Source: the human T2T-CHM13v2.0 reference genome, Homo sapiens
Assembly (NCBI RefSeq): GCF_009914755.1
Contig: NC_060926.1
Length of the DNA: 64,000 nucleotides
Direction: 5' to 3' (one strand)
Part shown: positions 1 to 13,696 of the stretch, piece by piece
Layout: each line of letters starts with the position of its first letter
How positions within the stretch are numbered: position 1 is the first letter of the stretch
The notes under the pieces: generated by a model
The model's input: only the letters and a program-made list of their open reading frames with translations
Database searches by the model: none
What the model was told of the DNA's origin: nothing
Made by a program: the position numbers and the translations under genes

Positions 1-3663
<3,663 letters not shown>

Positions 3664-3711
3664 TTATTTTGCTCGTTAGTTGATGCAGTTTCTTCCTAGT
3701 CTCGATGGTCT

Positions 3712-4728
3712 TTACATTTTGGCATGATTTTGCAGCGGCTGGTACTGGTTGTTCCTTTCCATGTTTAGCGCTTCCTTCAGGAGCTCTTTTAGGGCAGGCC
3801 TGGTGGTGACCAAATCTCTCAGCATTTCCTTGTCTGTAAAGTATTTTATTTCTCCTTCACTTATGAAGCTTAGTTTGGCTGTATATGAAATTCTGGGTTG
3901 AAAATTCTTTTCTTTAAGAATGTTCAATATTGGCCCCCACTCTCTTCTGGCTTGTAGGGTTTCTGCCGAGAGATCTGCTGTTAGTCTGATGGGCTTCCCT
4001 TTGAGGGTAACCTGACCTTTCTCTCTGGCTGCCCTTAACATTTTTTCCTTCATTTCAACTTTGGTGAATCTGACAATTATGTGTCTTGGAGTTGCTCTTC
4101 TCGAGGAGTATCTTTGTGGCGTTCTCTGTATTTCCTGAATCTGAACGTTGGCCTGCCTTGCTAGATTGGGGAAATTCTCCTGGATGATATCCTGCAGAGT
4201 GTTTTCCAACTTGGTTCCATTCTCCCCATCACTTTCAGGTACATCAATCAGATGTAGATTTGGTCTTTTCACATAGTCCCATATTTCTTGGAGGCTTTGC
4301 TCGTTTCTTTTTATTCTTTTTTCTCTAAACTTTCCTTCTCACTTCATTTCATTCATTTCATCTTCCATTGCTGATACCCTTTCTTCCAGTTGATCGCATC
4401 GGCTCCTGAGGCTTCTGCATTCTTCACGGAGTTCTCGAGCCTTGGTTTTCAGTTCCATCAGCTCCTTTAAGCACTTCTCTGTATTGGTTATTCTAGTTAT
4501 ACATTATTCTAAATTTTTTTCAAAGTTTTCAACTTCTTTGCCTTTGGTTTGAATGTCCTCCCGTAGCTCAGAGTAATTTGGTCGTCTGAAGCCTTCTCCT
4601 CTCAGCTCGTCAAAGTCCTTCTCCATCCAGCTTTGTTCCGTTGCTGGTGAGGAACTACATTCCTTTGGAGGAGGAGAGGCGCTCTGATTTTTAGAGTTTC
4701 CAGTTTTTCTGTTCTGTTTTTTCCCCAT
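3712..4728 (-). pseudogene. L1 ORF1p (RNA-binding chaperone), full 1017-nt span with two premature stops
   Basis: MGKKQNRKTGNSK...QPLQNHAKM in one frame. Stops are TAA at 4504-4506 (GAA>TAA) and TGA at 4339-4341 (CGA>TGA). Confidence 0.95.
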
Positions 4729-5630
4729 CTTTGTGGTTTTATCTACTTTTGGTCTTTGATGATGGTGATGTATAGATGGGTTTTTGGTGTGGATGTCCTT
4801 TCTATTTGTTAGTTTTCCTTCTAACAGACAGGACCCTCAGCTGCAGGTCTGTTGGAGTACCCTGCAGTGTGAGGTGTCAGTCTGCCCCTGCTGGAGGGTG
4901 CCTCCCAGTTAGGCTGCTCGGGGGTCATGCGTCAGGGACCCATTTGAGGAGGCAGTCTGCCCGTTCTCAGATCTCCAGCTGCGTACTGGGAGAACCACTG
5001 CTCTCTTCAAAGCTGTCAGACAGGGACATTTAAATCTGCAAAGGTTATTGCTGTCTTTTTGTTTGTCTGTGCCCTGCCCCCAGAGGTGGAGCCTAGAGAG
5101 GCAGGCAGGCCTCCTTGAGCTGTGGTGGGCTCCACCCAGTTCGAGCTTCCTGGCTGCTTTGTTTACCTAAGCAAGCTTGGGCAATGGCGGGCGCCCCTCC
5201 CCCAGCCTCGCTGCCGCCTTGCAGTTTGATCTCAGACTGCTGTGCTAGCAATCAGTGAGACTCCGTGGGGTAGGACCCTCAGAGCCAGGTGCAGGATATA
5301 ATCTCGTGGTGCGCCGTTTTTTAAGCCCGTCGGAAAAGCGCAGTATTCGGGTGGGAGTGACCCGATTTTCCAGGTGCCGTCCATCACCCCTTTCTTTGAT
5401 TAGGAAAGGGAACTCCCTGACCCCTTGCGCTTCCCGAGTGAGGCAATGCCTCGCCCTGCTTCGGCTCGCGCACGGTGCGCGCACCCACTGACCTGTGCCC
5501 ACTATCTGGCACTCCCTAGTGAGATGAACCTGGTACTTCAGATGGAAATGCAGAAATCACCCGTCTTCTGCGTCGCTCAGGCTGGGAGCTGTAGACTGGA
5601 GCTGTTCCTATTCGGCCATCTTGGCTCCTC
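4729..5630. promoter_or_regulatory. L1 5'UTR: internal sense promoter (minus) and antisense promoter (plus); CpG-rich; YY1 site
   Basis: The YY1 motif CAAGATGGCC (minus) lies at ~5614-5623 and many CpGs are retained at 5180-5580. The promoter architecture is established L1 knowledge, not measured here. Confidence 0.8.
5184..5258 (+). pseudogene. L1 antisense ORF0, truncated after 24 codons
   Basis: ATG at 5184 reads MAGAPPPASLPPCSLISDCCASNQ, then TGA at 5256-5258 (CGA>TGA). Confidence 0.85.
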
Positions 5631-5854
5631 GTGTTAATACATGTTTAATAAGAATGCTAGATGTCCGTTTCTTCAAATTGGATCCTGTTCAGGGAGGTGC
5701 TCATCTCCTTTAGAAAATTATGAGGCTTTATTTTATGATTCAGTTGATACACAAAGGCAAAAATAAAATAATAAATGTACTTGAAATTTTTTGAAAAAAA
5801 TCTTTAAAATTTTTTTCATGTTGTTTCATAATTGTATGTTCTGGAATACAAGAT

Positions 5855-6220
5855 GGATATGGTTTGGCTCTGTGTCCCTACCCAAATCTCATCTCAAACT
5901 GTAATCCCTATGTATCAGGAGAGGGACCAGGTGGGAGGTGATCGGATCATAGGGGTGGTTTCCCCATGCTGTTCTTGTGATATTGAGTGAGTTCCCATGA
6001 GAGCTGATATTAGAGTGTGGCAGTTCTTCATTCTCACTCACACTCTCTCCTGCCGCCTTATGAAGAAGGTCCTTGCTTCCCCTTCACCTTCTGCCATAAC
6101 TGTAAGTTTTCTGAGGCCTCCCCAGCCATGCGGAACTGTGAGTCAATTAAACCTCCTTTGTTTATAAATTAACCAATCTCAGGTAGTATCTTTATAGCAG
6201 TGTGAGAATGGACTAATACA
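5855..6220 (+). mobile_element. Solo MaLR LTR, THE1D-like
   Basis: Termini GATATGGTTTGGCTCTGTGTCC ... GGACTAATACA, with a THE1-type body. Confidence 0.88.
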
Positions 6221-6639
6221 ATGGTCTATGTTTTCAACTTAGGGTTAAATATGGTCTTTTTATGACTATATATCTGAAAAAGATTTATGTAAGCCTGTCT
6301 TAGAGATGGTTTCTAAAAAGATCACTTAGCCATGGTGACCTTTGAAAGTGAGAAACTTCCACTCCTTGTAAGACTGACATTGGAAAATTGGTTTCTTATG
6401 ATTAGGAAAAGCCCATCTTGTAATTTTGCAAAGGCAAACAGTGTTATGCCTCATCTACTACAATGTTTGTCTTCTTTTGTTGTGAAGAAGAGGTTCACAT
6501 ATCCTTTGAGTTTATTCACCTGACAGGGGATGGAAGAGCCCACCATAGACTGCTTTCATTTCCAGAAAGCAGCCCCAGAAAATAATCTTATCTGTGAGAT
6601 GCAGATAATCTCTAGGTGACTGAACCATGTAATCCTTAC

Positions 6640-8620
6640 TAAAATTTCAATGTCATTTTTCACATAAACAGGAAAAAACAATTTAAAAATTCATATGGAA
6701 CCATAAAAAACAAACCAAGACAATCTTGAGGAAAAAAAAAAGCTGAAGACATTACACTACCTGACTTCAACCTATATTTGAAAGTTACAGTGATTGACAT
6801 TTTTTGAAAAAATCCTTTGTTTATACATAGTATTGGCATAAAAATAGAAACACTGACCAATGGAACAGAGTAGAGAACTCAGAAAGAAGCCCACACACTT
6901 ATGGTCAATTGATTTTTAAAAACTTTTCCATAAGTTATTTAGGTACAGGTGGTATTTTGTTACATGAGTAAGTTCTTTAGCAGTGATTTGTGAGATTTTG
7001 GTGCACCCATCACCCGAGTAGTATACACTGCACCCTATTTTTAGTCTTCTATCCCTCACTCCCTTCCCACCCTTTCCCCCTAAGTCCCCAAAGTCCAATG
7101 TATCATTCTTATGCCTTTGTGTCCTCACAGCTTAGCTCCCTCAAATCAATGAGAACATACCATTCCTGTGTTACTTAGTATAACAGTCTCCAATCTCATC
7201 CAGGTTGCTGCAACTGCCATTAAATCATTCCTAACCATGGCTGAGTAGTATTCCATTGTATAAATATATCACAGTTTCTTTACCCACTCGTCAATTGATG
7301 GGCATTTAGGTTGGTTCCACAATTTTGCAATTGCGAACTGTGCTGCTATAAACATGCATGTGCAAGTATCTTTTTCGTATAATGACTTCTTTTCCTCCGG
7401 GTAGATATTCAGAGGTGGGATTGCTAGATCAAATGGTAGTTCTACTTTTAGTTCTTTAAGAAATCTCCACACTGTTTTCCATAGTGGCTGTCCTAGTTTA
7501 CATTCCCACCAGCAGTGTAGAAGTGTTCCCTGTTCACCGCATCCACGCCAATATCTACTGTTTTTTTATTTTGTGATTGTGGCCATTCTTGCAAGAGTAA
7601 GGTGGTATGGCATTGAGGTTTTGATTTGCATTTCCCTGATGATTAGTGATGTTGAGCATTTTTTCCTATGTTTGTTGGCCATTTGTATATCTTCTTTCAA
7701 GAATTGTCTATTCATGTCCTTAGCCCACTGTTTGATGGGATTGTTTGTTTTGGTCAATTGATTTTCAATGAAAGTGCCAAGAACATCACAATAACAAAGA
7801 TGAACATCACTGATCACTAGGGAAATGCACATTAAAACCATAATGAGCTACCATCTAATACCTGTAGAATGACAATTGTCAAAAATATGAAAGATAACAA
7901 GTGTCAGTGAGGATGTGGAGAAAAGGGAACGCTGTACAATATTAAGAGAATGTTAACTAGTACAGTCATGGAAAACTGTATGGAGGTCCTGCAAAAACTA
8001 AAAACAGAATTACCATGTGATCCAGTACCACTTCTGGGTATATACCCTAAAAACTTGATATCAATATTTTAAAGAGATATCTGCACTCCCATATCCTGCA
8101 GCATTATTTACAATAGTCAGGTTACAAAATTAACCTAAGTGTTTATCAATGGATGAATGGATAAAGAAAATGTATTACACACACACACACAAACATAAAG
8201 AAACACATACACAATGGAATACTAGTCAGCCTTTAAAAAAAAAAGAAATTATGTCATTGGCAACAACATGGATGAACTCAGAGGACATTATGTCAAGTCA
8301 AATAAGCCAAGCACAGAAAGACAACAATTGCATGTTTTCACTTTTATGTGGAATCTAAAATAATCAAACTCATGTAAGTGGAGAGTAGAATGGTTGGTCA
8401 CCAGAGGCTGGGGGTTAGGCAGAATGGAGAGATGTTGATCAAAGAGTAGAAAGTTACAGTTAGACAGAAGGAATAAATAATAAGTATTTAAGGTAACTGA
8501 AATGTTAATTAGTTGGTTCAATCACTTTACACTGTATACATACATCATAACATCACTGTGTACCACAGAATTATATATGATTATAAATTGTCAATAAAAA
8601 GAAAAGAAAAAGAAACAAGA
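6640..8620 (+). mobile_element. Old L1M (L1MA-type) ORF2/3' fragments, split by a younger L1 insertion
   Basis: L1 ORF2/3'UTR-like sequence ending AATAAA plus an A-rich tail at ~8593-8620. Confidence 0.75.
6917..7750 (-). mobile_element. 5'-truncated L1PB-like 3' end nested in L1M
   Basis: L1PB-type 3'UTR, flanked by the 15-bp TSD TGGTCAATTGATTTT (6902-6916 / 7751-7765). Confidence 0.88.
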
Positions 8621-8649
8621 ATTATTTCTTGTACAAGCCTTTTCAACCA

Positions 8650-8931
8650 CTTGTGATGAGCCTGTGCAACTTCCTGTTCCCTCCACAACCATCTGAAACA
8701 GAACAAAGCACACTCCCAAGGCTGTGCAGCTCCCCCAAGCAGGGGATGCTTGTGATGTGCATCTCAGATGTGGTCACAGAGGAAAATGAGCAAGGAAGTA
8801 CCTCTGAGCAGGCGAGGTCAGAGGTCACGAACACAGGTAGATAAGGAAGAAGAAAGATTCCCTCAGAGAACACAATCAGGTGCTTCCAGACAGTTTAACA
8901 AGGAAGTTACTTACTACACTGCCAGGTAAGT
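8650..8931 (+). promoter_or_regulatory. Candidate enhancer / first-exon region (ETS, RUNX/E-box, GATA, DR1 motifs; consensus splice donor)
   Basis: Non-repeat island containing ACTTCCTG, CAGATGTGGT, AGGAAGT x2, AGATAAG, AGGTCAgAGGTCA (8815-8827) and CAG|GTAAGT at 8925/8926. Motif evidence only. Confidence 0.4.
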
Positions 8932-9078
8932 GATAGATGCTTTTCTGATTCTTGCTTTTGGTGAAGAGTTGGTGGCATTAGATGTCAAGTAAACTCAGGA
9001 ACCTCACTTTTGGGTACTTTCAGTTGGGAAAACATTCAATACTAAATACATTACTAAAAAATAAATAAATAAATAACA

Positions 9079-9391
9079 GTCCAGTTGCGGTGGATCATGC
9101 CTATAATCCCAGTACTTTTGGAGGCCAAGGTAGGAAGGTAACTTGAGCCCAGGAGTCAAGACCAGCCTGGACAACATAGTAAGATTTCATCTCTACAAAT
9201 AATCTTTTAAAAAATTAGCCTGGAATAGTGGTGCATTCCTATAGTCCTAGCTACTCAGGAGGCTGAGATGGGAGGATCACTTGAGCCCAGGAGGTCAAGG
9301 CTGCAGTGAGCCATGATCATGCCATTGCACTCCAGCCTGGGTGACAGAGCAAGACCCCATCTCAAAAAATAAAAAATAAAATAAAATAATA
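9079..9391 (+). mobile_element. AluJ
   Basis: Dimeric Alu with J-type GAGGTCAAGGCTGCAGTGAGCCATGATC and an A-rich tail. Confidence 0.9.
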
Positions 9392-9444
9392 AAATAACCA
9401 ATGTTCATTGTTTTAGTGTACAGACCATTACCTCCTTGATTAAA

Positions 9445-9732
9445 TTTTTTTTTTTTTTGAGACGGAGTCTCACTCTGTTACCCAGGCTGGAGTGCAGTGG
9501 CTCGATCTCAGCTCACTGCAAGCTCCATCTCCCAGGTATCTCCTGCCTCAGCCTCCTGAGTAGCTGGGACTACAGGTGCCCACCACCACACCTGGCTAAT
9601 TTTTTTGTATTTTTAGTAGAGACGGGGTTTCACCGTGTTACCTAGGATGGTCTCGATCTCCTGACCTTGTGATCTGCCTGCCTCAGCTTCCCAAAGTGCT
9701 GGGATTAGAGGCGTAAGCCACCGCACCTGGCC
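9445..9732 (-). mobile_element. AluY-like
   Basis: Poly-T followed by antisense Alu with Y-type features (GCAAGCTCC, CCGTGTTA..AGGATGGTCTCGATCTCCTGACC). Confidence 0.9.
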
Positions 9733-11405
9733 TAGATGCCTTTTCTTTTTCTTAACTAATTGCTCTGGCAAGGACCTTCAGTGTTTTATTTAATAGAACT
9801 GGTGGAAATGGACAGCCTTGTTTTGTTCCTTATCTTAGAGTAAAAGCTTTCAACTTTTCATAATGTAAGCTATGAACTTGTTATATATGGCCTTTATTGT
9901 GTTGGGGTATATTTCTTCTATATTTAATTTGTGGAGAGTGTTGAGGATGTAGAATTGTGTCAAATGCTTTTTTCTGCATCTAGAGAGATGATCCTATGAT
10001 ATTTGCCTTTCACTCTTTTAATGTGGTGTATCACATTTATAGATTTGTGTATATTGAATTATACTTGCATCCCTGGGGTAAACCCCATTTCATCAAAGTG
10101 TATAATTCTTTTAATGTGCTGTTGAATTCAGTTTGGTTGTATTTTGCTGTGAACTTTTCTATCTATGTTCATCAGGGATATTGACTTGTAATTTTCTTTT
10201 CTTGTAATGTCCTTGCCTGACTTTGGTATCAAGGTAATGCTGGCCTCAAAGAAGAGTCAAAAGTTTACTGGTTCTCTTCAATGTTTTCAAAGAGTTTGAG
10301 AAAGCCTGATATTAGTTCTTCTTTAAATGTTTGGTAGAATTTTGCCATAAAGGCATCTGGTCCTGGGTTTGTTTGCTTTTTTGATGGGAGACTTTTTAAA
10401 TTATTGATTCAATCTCCTCACTCATCATTGGTCTGTTCTTATTTTCTATTTCTTCTTGATTCAGTGTTAGTAGGTTCTATGTGTCTAAGAATTTATCCAT
10501 TTCTCTAGGGTATCCAATTTGTTGACATATAATTGTTCATAGTAATTAGGCCATTCTTGCATTCCTATAAAGAAATACCTTTGAGTCATAAGTTTTATGA
10601 GAAAAAAGAAGAAGAAGAAATACCTGAAATTGGGTAATTTATTAAGAAAAAAATGTTTAATTAGTTCATGGTTCTGTAGGCTGTACAGGAAACATTGCAG
10701 TATCTGCTTCTGGACAGGCCCCAGGAAGTTTCAATTATGATGGAAGGTGAAGCGGGAGCAGGCACATCACACAGCGAAAGCAGGAGCAAGGAAGCAAGAG
10801 TGGGGAGGTGCCACACACTGTTAAACAACCAGATCTTGCAAGAACTCACTCCCTATCATGAGGCCAGTACCAAGGCGATGGTACTAAACCATTCATCAGA
10901 AATGCACCCCCATGATCTAATCACCTCCCGCCAGGCCCCACCTCTAACATTGGGGATTACAATTCAACATAAGAGTTGGGTGGAAACACAGATCCAAACC
11001 ATATCAGTAATCTTCTATGATCATTTGTACTTCTGTAATATCAGTTGTAATGTCTCATCTTTCATTTCTGACCTTATTTATTTGAGTCTTCTCTCTTTTT
11101 GTAGTTAATCTAACTAAGAGTTTGTCAATTTTATTTTTTCAAAAAACCCACTCTTGCTTCCATTTATTTTTGTATTGTGTTTCTAATCTCTATTGCATTT
11201 ATTTCTGCTCTGATCTTTATTTCCTGCCTTCTGCTAAATTTGGGCTTACATTGTTCTTCTTTTTCTAGTTCATTGAGGTATAATATTGGGTTGTTTATTT
11301 AAGATCTTTCTCTTTTTCTGATATAGGTATTTATTGCTAGAAATCTCCCTCTCAGAACCGCTTTTGCTTCAACCCATAGGTTTTGGTATGTTGTGTTCCC
11401 ATTTT
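9733..11405 (-). mobile_element. Old L1M ORF2 fragment interrupted by MSTA
   Basis: Degenerate similarity to the L1 ORF2 region seen at ~1600-2800 of this window. Confidence 0.8.
10547..11006 (-). mobile_element. Solo MaLR LTR, MSTA-like
   Basis: Ends CCAAACCATATCA, with GTAAT repeated on both sides (10542-10546 / 11007-11011). Confidence 0.88.
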
Positions 11406-11784
11406 CATCAGAGTCCTTGCTACTTTGGCAAGAAATTCTTTGAAATTTTAGTAAAATTTTAATCTACTTCTTTCACATCAATTTCCTATGCATATGACCC
11501 ACCCCAAAAATCTTATCTAGAAATATATTTTAAGTCTAGACATTTACTCTTGCAGTTACTGGCCTCATAAAATAACTCTTCCCCTCATTTCTCTTAAAGG
11601 TATGTGCCTTAAAGCCAATGGAAGGCAATATCTAAATCTAATTTTTGCTGCTACACAGCTTCTGGCACAGAACTCCTAATGAAAGGTCTTTTTAAAGGGC
11701 TTGAAAACACAGCCTTCCTTGGCAGAATTGTGTTTCTTTTCATCTATACTTGTAGGCCAGCTAGTTTTAGCCTGAGTTTATCTT

Positions 11785-12300
11785 CTTCTTCCTCACTAAG
11801 CTTAATCATTTCTAGCTTTTGATTTAAAGTGAGACACATGTAACTCTTCCTTTCACTCGAACACTTAGAGACCATTTTAGGTTATTAATTGGCTTAATTT
11901 CAATATTGTTTTGTTTCAGGGAATAGGAGGTCCAGGGAGATGGGAGAGAGATGGGAGAACAATCAATCAGTAGAGTAGTCAGAACACACACAACATTTAT
12001 CAATTAAGTTGCTGTCTTAATTAAGGTGCACCAAAACAATTACAGTGGTAACATCAAAGATCACTGATAACAGTTCATCATAACAGATGTAACAACAACA
12101 ACAATAATAATAATAAACAATTTTGAAATATTGCAAGAAATTACCAAAACGTGACACAGAGGCACAATGTGAGCACATGCTGTTGGAAAAATAAACGACA
12201 GACTCGTTCAAAGCAGAGCTGCCACAAACCTTCAATTTGTAAAAAGCACAGTGTTTGCAAAGTACTGCAAAGCAATGAGCAATATAATAAGATATGTATG
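11785..12300 (-). mobile_element. Tigger1 (Tc1/mariner-pogo) 5' fragment
   Basis: Matches the Tigger1 left end, including the reverse complement of ATGATTAAGCTTAGTGAGGAAG. It ends at a degenerate TIR followed by TA. Confidence 0.85.
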
Positions 12301-12724
12301 TATTTCAGGTAGCACTATACTTAGTTAAAGATTAAGAGTTCGATAATAGGTAAGAAGACAATGTTAGGAGCAGCTAACAGTATCTATCAAATCTATAATA
12401 AAAAAAATCCATAACGTAACAGAAGAAATATATTTTCAAAGACTAGAAAACATTGAAACCAATACTATAGAGTCAACTCTATCTTCGAGTCATCATAAAT
12501 GTATTTAAGTATATAGATTAATGACCTGGAAGAGTGATTGTATTTGAACCCATTAGTACCCAACACAAAAGACAGATCTTTTGGTAAATCTTCCATTTTT
12601 CAGCAATGTCAGATTATGTTGTCATATTTGCACGTTATTTATGTAAAAAGGAACCACGTGAAAAAAATGCACAGCTGTGTAAGAGAGTTTAAGGATTGAG
12701 GTCTGAAACAGCAAAGCCATGTCA

Positions 12725-13210
12725 GCCATATAACATATATTCCGGCCTCACCAGCACAATCCTAGCTTATTTCTGCTGTCCTACTGTCCCAATTTTTGGG
12801 GTTTTTTTGTGGGGTTTTTTTTGTTTTTTGTTTGTTTGTTTTTTGAGACAAAGTCTCACTCTGTCACCCAGGCTAGAGTGCAGTGGCACAATCATGGTTA
12901 TCACAGCATCAACTTCCTGGGCTCAAGTGATCCTCCTGCCTTAACCTCCTGAGTAGCTAGGACTACAGGCCTGTGCCACCACATCTGATTTTTCTTTTTT
13001 CTCTTTTTTGTAGAGATGAGATCTCATTATGCGGCTCAGTTTGGTCTCAAACTCTGGGCCTCAGGAGATCCTCTCATCTGAGCCTCCCAAAGAGCTGGGA
13101 TTACAAGAGTGAGCTCCCCTACCCAGCCTGCTCCAGTAATTAATAACAGAGAGCTTCTATATACTGTCAAAAGTGCCCTGGTTCAGAAAATAAAGTATAT
13201 GGTCACCCTA
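12725..13210 (-). mobile_element. MER94-like hAT-Blackjack MITE split by an Alu
   Basis: The right terminus reads TAGGGTGACCATATACTTTATTTTCTGAACCAGGGCACTTTTGA on the minus strand. The remainder lies at ~12725-12792. Confidence 0.7.
12793..13128 (-). mobile_element. AluJ
   Basis: Antisense, diverged Alu with GGGCTCAAGTGATCCTCC. Confidence 0.88.
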
Positions 13211-13696
13211 GCTATACTCCCATGTATAATAAATTTCTACATTAAGTTTAATTTCATGAAAAATACTGTGTTTAACAACACATGCCCATTGTTTTCTATA
13301 TTAGTAAGAATGTTCTCATTTGTCAAATAAATAATAATACCCACAAGCTACCCATCTCAACATAGCTGAGAGAAATGTTAAATGAAAATTCATAGTCCTA
13401 ATGCTATAACCTGTCTGACAGATGCCAGAGAGAACCTACTTCTATCAGATTAGCCCTTCCTCTTTATCTTTAAATGTTTTATCTTGAATTATTGCTTAAA
13501 CTGCTTCAAGTCTTTCCTAAAGTAAGAAATATATTATGTCATAATATGAATAAATACTTATACAATTAAGTAAAAGATCAGAATGCAAGATTGTGTATAG
13601 ATTCATTATATCTGCGTTGGAGGAATTTTATGCATATAAAGGAAAGCTAAGAGGAAAACATCAAAACTTTAATACTGATTGTGTTCAGAAGATAAG

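Noticed and set aside
5631-5650. TSD of the young L1 (AAACATGTATTAACAC on minus)
   Set aside because: The 3' end is outside the window, so the second copy cannot be verified.
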